Positions 19,043 through 29,978 of a stretch of DNA of 45,499 bases are shown in pieces. The position numbers were made by a program, and so were the translations under genes. How positions within the stretch are numbered: position 1 is the stretch's first letter; each line of letters starts with the position of its first letter. The notes beneath the pieces were generated by a model, which was given only the letters and a program-made list of their open reading frames with translations, was not told where the DNA came from and did not search any database. The stretch lies in NCBI GenBank assembly GCA_031459715.1, contig JAVKIA010000019.1:1-45499 (forward strand), written 5' to 3'. This DNA is from Candidatus Humicultor tengchongensis. Its GTDB lineage: Bacteria > Sysuimicrobiota > Sysuimicrobiia > Sysuimicrobiales > Humicultoraceae.

Positions 19043-19350
19043 CCCTGGACCTCCCCGGCTCCCGCGGCCGGTCAAATCCTAGCATGAGCATTTCAGAGGG
19101 GTCAAACTGACCCGATGGGGACCGCCAGGAGGGCGCGTCTGCCTGCGCGCTTCACCCCGTGGCGGGTCCCACCGCGGGGCTTCTTTCGAAGGAAACGCCG
19201 ATCGCCGACCTACCGCAGCATGAGAAAGGTCCGGCGCAGCCTGGCCAGCCCGTCCCGCCCCTGCGGTCGTCCCGCCGCCTCTAAAGGCGCACGCACTGCT
19301 CCAGGCCCGCCGCGATAAGCATCAGCACCCCCGGCCACGAGTATCGCCTC

Positions 19351-19701
19351 CTATGGGCGGACGGGCTCCTGCGTCGGATCCATCCCGGCCGCCTGCAGCA
19401 CTGCGGCCAGGAACGCCGCCTCAGGCAGCGCTCCCTCAAACTGCGTGGTTTCGTTGATGACCACCTTGGGCACGCCGTAGACGCTGTACCGCTGCGCCAG
19501 GTCCGGGTACTCGGAAGCGTCGATAACATCGGCCCGCACCCGCGGCGACTCCAGCGCCATGGCGTGGGCCAGCCGCGCGGCCCGCGGGCAGTAGGGGCAG
19601 GTCGGGGTGACGAAGACCTGGATGTGCACGTCCCGGGCGAGACCGGCCAGCGCCTGCCGGGTCTGCGGGCTCAGGCCGCTATCCCTCCGGGAGACCGCCA
19701 C
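19351..19701 (-). CDS. Thioredoxin-fold / glutaredoxin-like small redox protein
   Basis: 116 aa. [11 protein letters not shown] active-site motif and [13 protein letters not shown] start. Confidence 0.7.
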   Translation of the reverse strand: MAVSRRDSGLSPQTRQALAGLARDVHIQVFVTPTCPYCPRAARLAHAMALESPRVRADVIDASEYPDLAQRYSVYGVPKVVINETTQFEGALPEAAFLAAVLQAAGMDPTQEPVRP

Positions 19702-20070
19702 CAGGTCTTCCAGGAAAGCCGCAAACTCGAAGCCGGCCGGGATGCCGTAGTACCGGATGCGGCCTGCGCCGTCACGGGCGTCGCTGGCATAGGAGCCACT
19801 CTCCCGGGTCCTGATGTGAGGGGCCCGACCGTCTGGTCCGCACCTGTGGAGATGATAATGGTCGGGATGCGGGCGACGGGCGGCGCGCCGGGATCCCCAA
19901 AGACCCCGTGGATGCGCAGCCGGATACGCGGGTCGAGTGCGGCGACCTCCCGCAGGAGCTGCGCCTCGCCGTCAACCCTTCCCGCCCGGGTGACCGAAGG
20001 TCCGGTGATCCCCATCGGCTCCGGGGCGGGGTGCTACGCTCTGGACGAAGACGGGCACGGGGAGGAACGG

Positions 20071-20490
<420 letters not shown>

Positions 20491-20550
20491 CCCCGGCCGA
20501 CCCGGGCGGGCGCCCCGGACTGGCGCGCAAGAACGAGATGCCCGCCCCCT

Positions 20551-22248
20551 TTACCTGCCCCCTGTGGTCACCGCTCCCTCAGAAGCCGAAGAGACCAGGC
20601 GGGCGTACTTCGCCAGCGCCGGGCCCGGGGCAGGGCGCACGGGCGGACGCCGCTCCCGCAGCCGCTGTGCCAGCACCTCCTCCGGGAGCTCCACCGCCAG
20701 GCGGCGGGCAGGCACGTCGATCGTGATCAGGTCGCCGTCCTGCACCGCGGCGATCGGACCGCCCACGGCGGCCTCCGGGGTGACGTGGCCCACCATCAGC
20801 CCGTGCGTGGCCCCGGAGAAGCGGCCGTCGGTCACCAGGGCCACCGCATCCCCCAGCCCCGCTCCCACCAGCGCGCCCGTCACCGCCAGCATCTCCCGCA
20901 TCCCGGGGCCCCCCACCGGGCCCTCGTAGCGGATCACCACCACATCCCCGGGCCGGATGGTCCCTGCGCCCACCGCGACGAAGGCTTCCTCCTCGCTGTC
21001 GAAGACGCGCGCCGGCCCGCGGTGGCTGGTACGCTCGTGCCCCACCAGCTTGACCACGCACCCCTGGGGCGCCAGGTTTCCCCGCAGGATGGCGAACCCT
21101 CCGCTGGCCCGGAGCGGTGCCGCCAGGGGGCGCACTACCTCCTGCCCCGGCGTCTCGGGAGCGTCGGAGACCTCTTCGGCCAGGGTACGCATGGTCACGG
21201 TGAGGGTCCGGGGGTGGAGCAGGCCCCCCTCCAGCAGCCGCCGCGCCAGCAGGCGCACGCCCCCGGCCCGGTGCAGGTCCGTGGCCACGAAGCGGCCGCC
21301 GGGCTTCAGGTCCGCCAGAACCGGGGTGCGCGCGCTGATGGTGTCGAAGTCTTGTAGTTCGAGCGGCACGTCCGCTTCCCGCGCCACGGCCAGAAGGTGC
21401 AGCACCGCGTTGGTGGAGCCGCCGCTTGCGGCCACCGAGGCTATGGCGTTCTCCAGGGCCGCCCGGGTGACTATCTGCCGCGGACGGACTCCGTTACGCA
21501 CCAGGGCCACGGCCAGGCGCCCCGCCGCCCGGGCCAGCTCGTCCCTGGCCGGATCCAGCGCGGGGACGGTGCAGCTTCCCATGGGAGAGATCCCCAGCAC
21601 CTCGAAGGCGATGGCCATAGTGTTGGCGGTGAACTGCCCGCCGCAGGCCCCCGCCCCGGGGCAGGCCTGCGCCTCCAGCTCGGCCAGGTCGGCGGCGCCG
21701 ATGGCACCCCGCTGGTAGGCGCCCACCGCCTCGAAGACGTCCTGGATGGTCACCGCCCTGCCGCGGAACTGGCCGGGGGCGATGGAGCCTCCGTAGAGCA
21801 TCAACCCCGGCAGGTCGAGCCGCGCCAGGGCCATCACTGCCGCGGGGATGGTCTTGTCGCATCCCGTGATCGCCACCAGTCCGTCCAGCAGGTGGCCGCG
21901 GGCCACCAGCTCAATAGAGTCGGCGATGACCTCGCGGCTGACCAGGGAGGCGCGCATCCCTGCTGTCCCCATAGAGACCCCGTCGGAGATGGCTATGGTG
22001 TTGAACTCCACCGGAGTCCCTCCGGCCTCGCGGATGCCCGCCTTCACCTGTGCGGCCAGGTGACGGTGGTGGTAGTTGCAGGGCATGACCTCGATCCAGG
22101 AGTGGGCCACCCCGATCAGCGGACGGCGGAAGTCCTCGTCCCGGTAGCCCACCGCCCGCAGCATGGCCCGGGCCGGAGCCCGCTCCGGCCCGTCCAGCAG
22201 CGTCCGGCTGTTAGTGCGCGGATCCACTACGCTCTCGTCCCCGCTCAC
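20551..22248 (-). CDS. ilvD: Dihydroxy-acid dehydratase
   Basis: It is the C-terminal ~565 aa of the 858-aa track ORF. Motifs: [45 protein letters not shown]. The GTG start overlaps the leuB TGA (GTGA) and is in frame with both ends of the track ORF. Confidence 0.9.
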   Translation of the reverse strand: MSGDESVVDPRTNSRTLLDGPERAPARAMLRAVGYRDEDFRRPLIGVAHSWIEVMPCNYHHRHLAAQVKAGIREAGGTPVEFNTIAISDGVSMGTAGMRASLVSREVIADSIELVARGHLLDGLVAITGCDKTIPAAVMALARLDLPGLMLYGGSIAPGQFRGRAVTIQDVFEAVGAYQRGAIGAADLAELEAQACPGAGACGGQFTANTMAIAFEVLGISPMGSCTVPALDPARDELARAAGRLAVALVRNGVRPRQIVTRAALENAIASVAASGGSTNAVLHLLAVAREADVPLELQDFDTISARTPVLADLKPGGRFVATDLHRAGGVRLLARRLLEGGLLHPRTLTVTMRTLAEEVSDAPETPGQEVVRPLAAPLRASGGFAILRGNLAPQGCVVKLVGHERTSHRGPARVFDSEEEAFVAVGAGTIRPGDVVVIRYEGPVGGPGMREMLAVTGALVGAGLGDAVALVTDGRFSGATHGLMVGHVTPEAAVGGPIAAVQDGDLITIDVPARRLAVELPEEVLAQRLRERRPPVRPAPGPALAKYARLVSSASEGAVTTGGR

Positions 22249-23378
22249 TGCCCTCCACCTCCTTCCCGCACCATGGCGGCGATGCGCTCGCCCACCTGCA
22301 TGGTGGTCGCCTCCCCACCGAGGTCGGGGGTGCGCACCCCTGCGGCCAGTACGCGGGATGTCGCCTCCTCCACCAGAGCCGCCTCCTCCTCCAGGCCGCA
22401 GGAATAGCGCAGCAGCAGCGCCGCGCTCAGGATCGCCCCCACCGGGTTGGCCACCTGCCGTCCGGCGATGTCGGGGGCGGAGCCGTGCACCGGCTCGTAG
22501 AGCGCCGGCGGGCGCGCTCCCAGGCTGGCCGACGGCAGCAGGCCCACCGACCCCACCACTCCCGCGGCCTCGTCGCTCAGGATGTCGCCGAACATGTTCT
22601 CCGTGAGCAGCACGTCGAACTGCTGCGGGGCGCGCACCAGCTCCATGGCCGCGGTGTCTACCAGCATGTGCCGCAACGCCACGTCGGGAAAGGCGCGGGC
22701 TTCCTCCTGCACTACCGCCCGCCACAGCTGGGAGCTGGCCAGCACGTTGGCCTTGTCCACCGACGTCACCTGCCCCCGCCGCGTCCGCGCCTGCTGGAAG
22801 GCCACACGGGCCACGCGGGCAACTTCCTCGCGCCCGTAGCGCAGGGTGTCCACCGCCTGGTCCCCCGTCCGGCCGCGTGGCTCCCCAAAGTAGAGTCCCC
22901 CGGTGAGCTCGCGCACGATCACCAGGTCCATCCCGGCGGCGCGCTCGGGGCGCAGCGGCGAGACCTCCGCTGCTCCGGGAAAGACCCGCGCCGGACGGAG
23001 GTTGGCGAACACCCCCAGGGCCCGGCGCAGCGCCAGCAGGCCGCGCTCGGGACGCCGCTCGGAGGGCAGGTCGTCCCACTGCGGCCCACCCACAGCGCCC
23101 AGGAAGACGGCCTCCGCCGCCGCGCACGCCTGCAGGGTCTGCCGGGGCAGGGGCTCACCAGTGGCCTCCAGGGCGGCGCCGCCTATCAGCCCCTCGCTGA
23201 AGTGAAACCGCAGGCCGCGCCGCGCCTCCACCGCACGCAGGACGCGCACGGCCTCCGCGGTGACCTCGGGCCCGATCCCGTCCCCGGGCAGGAGCAGGAT
23301 CCGGTACCAGGCATTCCGGTTGCCGGATGCAGAGGGCCGAGCGCTGCCGGGGCGGCCTAGAAGATCTCCTGGATGCAC
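22245..23378 (-). CDS. leuB: 3-isopropylmalate dehydrogenase
   Basis: 377 aa. [35 protein letters not shown] and [11 protein letters not shown]. The annotated ATG overlaps leuD by 22 nt. The true start could be slightly downstream, but no ATG or GTG is available there. Confidence 0.85.
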   Translation of the reverse strand: MHPGDLLGRPGSARPSASGNRNAWYRILLLPGDGIGPEVTAEAVRVLRAVEARRGLRFHFSEGLIGGAALEATGEPLPRQTLQACAAAEAVFLGAVGGPQWDDLPSERRPERGLLALRRALGVFANLRPARVFPGAAEVSPLRPERAAGMDLVIVRELTGGLYFGEPRGRTGDQAVDTLRYGREEVARVARVAFQQARTRRGQVTSVDKANVLASSQLWRAVVQEEARAFPDVALRHMLVDTAAMELVRAPQQFDVLLTENMFGDILSDEAAGVVGSVGLLPSASLGARPPALYEPVHGSAPDIAGRQVANPVGAILSAALLLRYSCGLEEEAALVEEATSRVLAAGVRTPDLGGEATTMQVGERIAAMVREGGGGQ

Positions 23379-24001
23379 TCCGCCAGCCAGCGGACCTCCT
23401 CCCCGCCCCCCGGCCGCACCGCACCGCCCGCCCCCAGGCTCTCCACAGCGCCGCCGCCCGGGCCGCCGCGCTGCAGCACCGCCCGCACGTAGCCCACCAG
23501 GCCCCCGCTGGCCAGCAGCCGCTGCATGAATTCGGGCACGGGCGTGGCGGGGTAGGTCTCGTCTCTGGTCAGGTTGACGATGCGCCCCCGCTGCAGGTCG
23601 CAGAGCAGCTCGTCCCCGTCCCGCACCCGGTCGCGGGCCTTGGGCGACTCCAGCAGGGGCAACCCGATGTTGAAGGCGTTGCGGTAGAAGATGCGGGCAA
23701 AGGAGCGGGCCACGATTGCGCCCACCCCCAGCGCCCGGATGGCTATGGGGGCGTGCTCGCGGCTACTGCCCTGGCCGAAGTTCTCGCCGGCCACCAGGAT
23801 GTCGCCGGGACGGATGCGCTCCCGTAGCGTGGGATCCAGGTCCTCGAAGACGTACCGCGCCAGCTCCCGGGGATCGCTGGTCACCAGGTAGCGGGCCGGT
23901 ATGAGCACGTCGGTGTCGATGTGGTCGCCCAGGGTGTGGGCCCGTCCGCGCACCTGCAGGGAGCCGCCGGCACCGGCGTCGTCTCTCCCGGCCCCGCTCA
24001 T
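23357..24001 (-). CDS. leuD: 3-isopropylmalate dehydratase small subunit
   Basis: It is the C-terminal 214 aa of the 562-aa track ORF: MSGAG...LGDHIDTDVLIPARYL...GENFGQGSSREHAP. The ATG overlaps the leuC TGA (ATGA). Confidence 0.9.
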   Translation of the reverse strand: MSGAGRDDAGAGGSLQVRGRAHTLGDHIDTDVLIPARYLVTSDPRELARYVFEDLDPTLRERIRPGDILVAGENFGQGSSREHAPIAIRALGVGAIVARSFARIFYRNAFNIGLPLLESPKARDRVRDGDELLCDLQRGRIVNLTRDETYPATPVPEFMQRLLASGGLVGYVRAVLQRGGPGGGAVESLGAGGAVRPGGGEEVRWLAECIQEIF

Positions 24002-25278
24002 ACCGGCACCGCCTCCCGCACAACTTCGTCGGGGTGGGCCAGACAACCCCGCACCGCGGAGGCCGCGGCCACCGCCGCGTTGGCCAGGTAGACCCGGCTG
24101 CCCCGGTGCCCCATCCGCCCGATGAAGTTGCGGCTGCTGGTGGAGACGCACACCTCGCCTTCCGCCAGCACCCCCATGTGCCCGCCGATGCAGGGCCCAC
24201 AGGTGGAAGTGCTGACTGCGGCGCCCGCTTCCAGGAAGACCTGGATCAGCCCTTCCTCCAGCGCCTGGCGGTAGATGCCGGGGGTGGCGGGGATGACCAG
24301 CAGCCGCGTCTGTGGGTGCACCCGCCGCCCGGCCAGGACGCGGGCGGCCAGCCGCAGGTCCTCCATCCGCCCGTTGGTGCAGGTGCCGATGAAGCACTGG
24401 TCGACGCGGATCCCGGCCGCCTCGCGCACGGGGACCACGTTGCCGGGCGAGGAGGGCGCGGCCACCAGCGGCTCCAGACGGGAGACGTCGTAGCGGCGCA
24501 CCTCCGCGTAGGTGGCGGCCGGGTCCCGGTGGTGCACGGTGAAAGGACGGCGGGCGCGGGGTCGGATCCAGGCCAGCACCGTCTCGTCGGCCTCCATGAT
24601 GCCGTTCTTCGCACCGGCCTCCACCGCCATGTTGGTGATGGAGAAGCGCTCGTCCATGGTCAACTGCCCCAGGGCCTCGCCGGCGAACTCCATGGCGGCG
24701 TAACGGGCGCCGTCCACCCCGATGTCGCCTATGACCCGCAGGATCAGGTCCTTGCCGGTGACCCAGGGCTGCAGCCGCCCGGCGAAGAGGTAGAGCACCG
24801 TCTCCGGGACGCGCAGCCACAGGCGGCCCAGGGCCATGGCCGCGGCCAGGTCCGAGGAGCCCACCCCGGTGGCGAAGGCACCCAGCGCCCCGTGATTGCA
24901 GGTGTGGGAGTCGGCCCCCAGAAAGACGTCGCCTGGGCCGACGAACCCCTCCTCGGCCAGAAGGACGTGGGCCACCCCGGTGCGCCCTATGTCGTAAAAG
25001 TGGGGCAAGCGGTGGCGGCGCACGAAGGCCCGCGTCACCGCGCACTGCTGGGCGGAGGCGATGTCCCTGGCCGGGACGTAGTGGTCGAAGACGAAGGCCA
25101 CCCGGTCCGGGTCAAAGACCCGCTCCGCGCCCATGCGCTCGAACTCCTGGATGGCCAGCGGGGCGGTGATGTCGTTGGCGAAGACGAAGTCCACGCGCGC
25201 CTCGATCAGGTCCCCCGGGCGCACGGTGGCCGCCCCCGCATGGGCGGCCAGGATCTGCTCGGTCAGGGTCAGCCCCAC
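23998..25278 (-). CDS. leuC: 3-isopropylmalate dehydratase large subunit
   Basis: 426 aa. Aconitase-family motifs: GADSHTCNHGALGAFATGVG, CFIGTCTNGR, TSTCGPCIG. Confidence 0.9.
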   Translation of the reverse strand: MGLTLTEQILAAHAGAATVRPGDLIEARVDFVFANDITAPLAIQEFERMGAERVFDPDRVAFVFDHYVPARDIASAQQCAVTRAFVRRHRLPHFYDIGRTGVAHVLLAEEGFVGPGDVFLGADSHTCNHGALGAFATGVGSSDLAAAMALGRLWLRVPETVLYLFAGRLQPWVTGKDLILRVIGDIGVDGARYAAMEFAGEALGQLTMDERFSITNMAVEAGAKNGIMEADETVLAWIRPRARRPFTVHHRDPAATYAEVRRYDVSRLEPLVAAPSSPGNVVPVREAAGIRVDQCFIGTCTNGRMEDLRLAARVLAGRRVHPQTRLLVIPATPGIYRQALEEGLIQVFLEAGAAVSTSTCGPCIGGHMGVLAEGEVCVSTSSRNFIGRMGHRGSRVYLANAAVAAASAVRGCLAHPDEVVREAVPV

Positions 25279-25287
25279 CGCCGGACC

Positions 25288-26463
25288 TCAGGAGCGCACG
25301 CCGCCAGCGGCGCTGTGCACCTCCCTGGCCAGCGCCACCAACTCCTCCACGGTCACCCGCTTGCGCCGGTCGGCCAGTGCCTTGAAGGCGGCGAAGGCCC
25401 GCTCCAGCGCCTCCTCCGGCAGGTGCACCCCCTGCTGGGCCAGGACGTGAGCGAAGGCGTGCCGGCCGGAGTGCTTGCCCATCACCAGCCTGGTGGCCGG
25501 CACCCCCACGTCCTCGGGCCGCATGATCTCGTAGGTCAGAGGGTTGACGATCACCCCGTGCTGGTGGATGCCGGCCTCGTGGGCGAAGGCATTGGCACCC
25601 ACGATGGCCTTGTTGGGCGGTACGGCGACCCCGGTGATCGCCTCCAGCGTGCGGCTGGCTCCGTAGATTCCCTGCGTCCGGACGCCGACCTCCACCCCGA
25701 AGACGTCGCGGCGCACCACCAGCGCCATGACCACCTCCTCCAGGGCGGCGTTGCCGGCGCGTTCCCCGATTCCGTTGACGGTGCACTCCACCTGCCGGGC
25801 GCCGGCCTGCACCGCCGCCAGGGAGTTGGCCACGGCCAGCCCCAGGTCGTCGTGGCAGTGGACGCTTACCGTCACCCCATCGATCCCGGGAACCTCCGCC
25901 CGCACCCGGCGCACCAGGGCGGCGAACTGGTCGGGCGTGGCATACCCCACGGTGTCGGGGATGTTGATGGTCGTGGCCCCTGCAGCCACGGCGGCGGCGA
26001 AGACCCGGATGAGGAAGTCCGGATCGGACCGGCTGGCGTCTTCCGCGGAGAACTCCACCTCGGGAGCATAGCGGCGGGCGCGGCGGACCGCCGCTGCCGC
26101 ATCGGCCACCACCTCGTGGGGGGTCTTGCGCAGCTTGCTGCGCATGTGCACCTCAGAGGTGGCGATGAAGGTGTGGATGCGTGGCCGCTTAGCCCCCCGC
26201 AGCGCCTCCGCCGCGGCATCGATGTCCTCGGGGGCGGCGCGGGCCAGGGCGGCGATCACCGGGCCGCGCACCGCCCGGGCCACGGCGGCGACGGCCGCGC
26301 CGTCGCCCGGGGAGCTGGCGGGGAAGCCGGCCTCGATGACGTCCACCTGCAGCTCCGCCAGCGCCCGGGCCATGGCCACCTTCTCCTCAAGGGTCATGGA
26401 GAAGCCGGGCGACTGCTCTCCATCGCGCAGCGTGGTATCGAAGATGGCGACGCGGTCGGCCAC
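25288..26463 (-). CDS. leuA: 2-isopropylmalate synthase, short form (catalytic TIM-barrel plus subdomains, no C-terminal LeuA-dimer regulatory domain)
   Basis: 391 aa. [35 protein letters not shown], and HxH (HEAGIHQHG). GTG start. The operon position argues for LeuA rather than NifV or CimA. Confidence 0.75.
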   Translation of the reverse strand: MADRVAIFDTTLRDGEQSPGFSMTLEEKVAMARALAELQVDVIEAGFPASSPGDGAAVAAVARAVRGPVIAALARAAPEDIDAAAEALRGAKRPRIHTFIATSEVHMRSKLRKTPHEVVADAAAAVRRARRYAPEVEFSAEDASRSDPDFLIRVFAAAVAAGATTINIPDTVGYATPDQFAALVRRVRAEVPGIDGVTVSVHCHDDLGLAVANSLAAVQAGARQVECTVNGIGERAGNAALEEVVMALVVRRDVFGVEVGVRTQGIYGASRTLEAITGVAVPPNKAIVGANAFAHEAGIHQHGVIVNPLTYEIMRPEDVGVPATRLVMGKHSGRHAFAHVLAQQGVHLPEEALERAFAAFKALADRRKRVTVEELVALAREVHSAAGGVRS

Positions 26464-26468
26464 GGTGG

Positions 26469-27596
26469 CTACCTCCCCGCGGGGGCGCGCGCAGATGCCG
26501 CCGCACCCGGGGAAGGGGCGGCGGCAGGCTCGCCCGATGCTGAAGCCACAGCGGCGGCGGCCCGTTCGCCGGGACCCGGAGACGGTGCAGCGCCGGGGAC
26601 CTCTACCCGGCGCAGCCAGGGCATCATGGCCCGCAGGCGGCGGCCCACCTCCTCAATGGGGTGGCGTGCCTCCTCCGCCCGGCGGGCCTCCAGGACCGGG
26701 CGCCCGGCCTGGTTCTCCAGGATCCACTCCCGGGCGAAGGTGCCGTCCTGCACCTCGCGCAGCAGACGGCGCATCTCCTGCCGCGTGGCCTCCGTGATGA
26801 TCCGCCGCCCGCGGGTCAGGTCCCCGTACTCGGCGGTGTTACTCACCGAGTAGCGCATCCAGGCCAGCCCCCCCTCGTAGAGCAGGTCCACGATCAGCTT
26901 CAGTTCGTTGAGGCACTCGAAGTAGGCGATCTCCGGCTGGTAGCCCGCCTCCACCAGGGTGTCGAAGCCCGCCTTGATCAGCTCGGTCACCCCGCCGCAG
27001 AGGACAGCCTGTTCGCCGAAGAGGTCGCTCTCCACCTCCTCGCGGAAGGTGGTCTCGATGACACCGGCCCTGGTGCAGCCGATGCCGCGGGCGTAGGCCA
27101 GGGCCAGCGCCTGCGCGCTCCCGGTGGCGTCCTGGTGCACGGCCAGCAGCGCGGGGACGCTTCCCCCTTCCGCAAACATCCGCCGCAGGAGGTGACCGGG
27201 TGCCTTGGGGGCCACCATGAAAACGTCCACGTCGGGCGGGGGGACTACCTGGTGAAAGTGGACGGCAAACCCGTGGGAGAACCCCAGGGCCTGACCGCCG
27301 CGCAGGCGGGGAGCAATCTCCTCGCGGAACACCTGCCCCTGGCGCTCGTCGGGGATGAGGACCTGCACCAGGTCCGCCTCCGCCACTGCCTCGGACACCG
27401 TGCGCACGCGGAACCCGTCGGCCTCCGCCCGGGCCCAGGAGCGGCTGCCGCGGAAGAGGGCCACCGTCACCTGCACGCCGTTGTCGCGCAGGTTCTGCGC
27501 CTGGGCGTGCCCCTGGCTGCCGTACCCCACCACCGCCACCCGCCGCCCCTCCAGGGGTGCCAGGCTGGCGGCGTCGTCGTAGTAGATCCTGGCCAT
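26469..27596 (-). CDS. ilvC: Ketol-acid reductoisomerase (class I) with a ~45-aa Ala/Pro-rich C-terminal tail
   Basis: 375 aa. [21 protein letters not shown], and ...[11 protein letters not shown]... Confidence 0.9.
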   Translation of the reverse strand: MARIYYDDAASLAPLEGRRVAVVGYGSQGHAQAQNLRDNGVQVTVALFRGSRSWARAEADGFRVRTVSEAVAEADLVQVLIPDERQGQVFREEIAPRLRGGQALGFSHGFAVHFHQVVPPPDVDVFMVAPKAPGHLLRRMFAEGGSVPALLAVHQDATGSAQALALAYARGIGCTRAGVIETTFREEVESDLFGEQAVLCGGVTELIKAGFDTLVEAGYQPEIAYFECLNELKLIVDLLYEGGLAWMRYSVSNTAEYGDLTRGRRIITEATRQEMRRLLREVQDGTFAREWILENQAGRPVLEARRAEEARHPIEEVGRRLRAMMPWLRRVEVPGAAPSPGPGERAAAAVASASGEPAAAPSPGAAASARAPAGR

Positions 27597-27654
27597 AGGC
27601 CTCTCCTCCTTAAACCGGGTTAACGTGATCTGCGCCTCCCGGGCGGCCCGGCTC

Positions 27655-28185
27655 CTACGTGGTCTGCGACCCCCGGGCCAGGGCCACCCGCCCCGTGCGC
27701 ACCATCTCCCGGATGCCGTGCCTGCGCAGCAGCGCCTGCAGGGCGTCGATCTTGTCCGGCTTGCCGCTGACTTCCACCACCACAGTGTGTTCGCCCACGT
27801 CCACCACCCGGGCGCGGAAGATCTGGGCCACGTGCAGTACCTCTTGGCGCGTGCCCGGGGTGACGCTGACCTTGATCAGGGCCAGCTCCCGCTCCACCGT
27901 GTCGCAGCCGGTGAGGTCGTGGACGCGGCGCACCTCCAGGATCTTGTTCAGGTTCTTCACCACCTGCTCCGCCTGCTCGTCTCCCTCCAGGACCACCAGC
28001 ATGCGGGAGATCCGCCGGTCGTCGGTCACCCCTACGGAGAGGCTGTGGATGTTGTAGCCGCGGCGGCGGATCAGCCCGGCAATCTTGGCCAGCACGCCGG
28101 GGCTGTTCTCCACCAGCAGCGAAATGCTGCGGACCGTAGTCGGAGGCTGGCCGTTGGGCTGCCGCCGGATGCGGGCGCCATCCAT
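27655..28185 (-). CDS. ilvN: Acetolactate synthase small (regulatory) subunit
   Basis: It is the C-terminal 176 aa of the 387-aa track ORF. It has an ACT domain ([32 protein letters not shown]). The ATG overlaps the ilvB TGA (ATGA). Confidence 0.9.
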   Translation of the reverse strand: MDGARIRRQPNGQPPTTVRSISLLVENSPGVLAKIAGLIRRRGYNIHSLSVGVTDDRRISRMLVVLEGDEQAEQVVKNLNKILEVRRVHDLTGCDTVERELALIKVSVTPGTRQEVLHVAQIFRARVVDVGEHTVVVEVSGKPDKIDALQALLRRHGIREMVRTGRVALARGSQTT

Positions 28186-29978
28186 CACTCCAGAATCATC
28201 TCCTTCACCGACTGCCCGGAGGGGATCATCGGGAAGCAGTTCTCCTGGGGGTCCACCAGGACGTCCAGCACCACAGGCACATCCGACACCTGCAGCGCCC
28301 AGGCCACCGCGTCCTCCACCTCCTCGGGGCGGCGCACGGTGCGCCCCGCGGCGCCGAAGACCTGGGCCAGCCGGGCGAAGTCGGGGTTCTGCAGCATGAC
28401 GTGGGAGTAGCGCTGGCGGTAGAAGAGCTGCTGCCACTGCCGCACCATGCCCAGGGAGCCGTTGTTGATGATGACCACCTTCACCGGGAGGCGCCACTCC
28501 ACCGCCGTGATCAGGTCCTGCAGCGTCATCTGGAACCCACCGTCGCCCACCAGCGCCACCACCGTGCGCTGCGGGCAGGCCAGCTGCGCCCCTATGGCTG
28601 CAGGGAAGCCGAACCCCATGGCCCCCAGGCCGCCGGAGCTGATGAAGGTGCGGGGCTCGCGGCAGCGGTAGAACTGCGCCGCCCACATCTGGTGCTGGCC
28701 CACATCCGTGACCACGATGGCCCTTTCCTGGGTGAGGCGGGCTACGGTCTCGCAGACGAACTGGGGCTTGATCACCTGGTCGCCCTGGCGGTAGCGCAGC
28801 GGGTAGCGCTCTCGCCACTCCTGGATCTGGCGCAGCCAGGGCTCGATCTGCGGCGGAGCCGTGATGCGCTCCACCAGGGCCGCCAGCACCAGCTTCGCGT
28901 CGCCCACGATGGGGATGTGCGCCGGCTTGTTCTTACCGATCTCCGCCGGGTCGATGTCGATGTGGATGAAGCGGGCGCGGGGGGCGAAGTCCGCCAGGCG
29001 CCCGGTCACGCGGTCGTCGAAGCGCACCCCCACCGCCAGGATCAGGTCGGCCTCGTTAATGGCGTAGTTGGCATACGCGGTGCCGTGCATCCCCAGCATG
29101 CCCAGACAACGGGGATGGTGCTCGTCGATGGCACCTTTGCCCATCAGGGTCACGGTGACGGGGATCCCCGTGCGCTCCACCAGGCGGGTCAGCTCCGCGG
29201 AGGCCCCCGCGGAGATCACCCCGCCGCCGGCATAGATAATGGGCCGCTCTGCTCCCTGCAGGGCCTCGGCCGCGGCGGCGATCTGGGCGGCGTTGCCCTC
29301 GCGGTGAGGGCGGTAGCGAGCGGTCACGTCTTCCACGGGGCGGGGGACGACCCGGGCCTGGGCCACATCGCGCGGCACGTCCACCAGCACCGGCCCCGGC
29401 CGGCCCGCGGCGGCCACGTAGAAGGCTTCGGCGATGGCCCGGGGCAGGTCGGCGGCATCCCAGACCTGGTAGGCGTGCTTGGTCACCGGCATGGTGATGC
29501 CGATGACGTCGGCCTCCTGGAAGGCGTCCCTCCCGATGACCGCGGTGGGCACCTGGCCGGTGATGGCCACCACCGGCACCGAATCCATGTGGGCGTCGGT
29601 CAGGCCGGTGACCAGGTTGGTGGCTCCCGGCCCGGAGGTGGCCATGCACACCCCCACCCGCCCCGAGGCCCGGGCGTAACCCACTGCTGCGTGGGCGGCC
29701 ACCTGCTCATGGCGAACCAGGACGTGCCGCAGGTCGGCGGCGTCGTAGAGGGCATCATAGATGGGTAACGAGGCGCCGCCGGGTATGCCAAAGATCACCG
29801 CAGCACCGGCCTGACGCAGGGCCTCGACCAGGAGCTCGGCCCCGGACCGGGTGACCTCCCGCCCGGTTGGGGCCAGCTCGCCTCGGGAGCGGCCCAATCG
29901 CGAACGGATTGCTGCCCGCGAGCCAGCCCCGTCTCCTGAGGGTGTGCGCCTGCCTGTGCGGGATGCGGTTACCGTCAT
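28185..29978 (-). CDS. ilvB: Acetolactate synthase large (catalytic) subunit
   Basis: The track ORF is 634 aa. An internal ATG (MTVTAS...) has a GGAGGG SD 6 nt upstream, giving 597 aa. TPP/FAD motifs: GIPGGASLPIYDAL, GDGGFQM. Confidence 0.9.
   Translation of the reverse strand: MTVTASRTGRRTPSGDGAGSRAAIRSRLGRSRGELAPTGREVTRSGAELLVEALRQAGAAVIFGIPGGASLPIYDALYDAADLRHVLVRHEQVAAHAAVGYARASGRVGVCMATSGPGATNLVTGLTDAHMDSVPVVAITGQVPTAVIGRDAFQEADVIGITMPVTKHAYQVWDAADLPRAIAEAFYVAAAGRPGPVLVDVPRDVAQARVVPRPVEDVTARYRPHREGNAAQIAAAAEALQGAERPIIYAGGGVISAGASAELTRLVERTGIPVTVTLMGKGAIDEHHPRCLGMLGMHGTAYANYAINEADLILAVGVRFDDRVTGRLADFAPRARFIHIDIDPAEIGKNKPAHIPIVGDAKLVLAALVERITAPPQIEPWLRQIQEWRERYPLRYRQGDQVIKPQFVCETVARLTQERAIVVTDVGQHQMWAAQFYRCREPRTFISSGGLGAMGFGFPAAIGAQLACPQRTVVALVGDGGFQMTLQDLITAVEWRLPVKVVIINNGSLGMVRQWQQLFYRQRYSHVMLQNPDFARLAQVFGAAGRTVRRPEEVEDAVAWALQVSDVPVVLDVLVDPQENCFPMIPSGQSVKEMILE

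Noticed and set aside
19702-20070. TPP riboswitch upstream of yjbQ
   Set aside because: No CUGAGA or ACCUGAUCUGGUUAAUACCAG-like THI-box elements are visible. Only a weak AT-rich patch (GATGATAATGG) is present, which may be a promoter -10.
20551-23127. 858-aa ORF, and the 562-aa (23357..25045), 470-aa (10958..12370), 387-aa (27655..28818), 329-aa (16263..17252) and 553-aa (35877..37538) ORFs taken as single genes
   Set aside because: Each is a real gene (ilvD, leuD, E1-beta, ilvN, nuoC, hom) whose open frame happens to extend upstream through the preceding gene. Internal starts with SDs or ATGA/GTGA overlaps were used instead.
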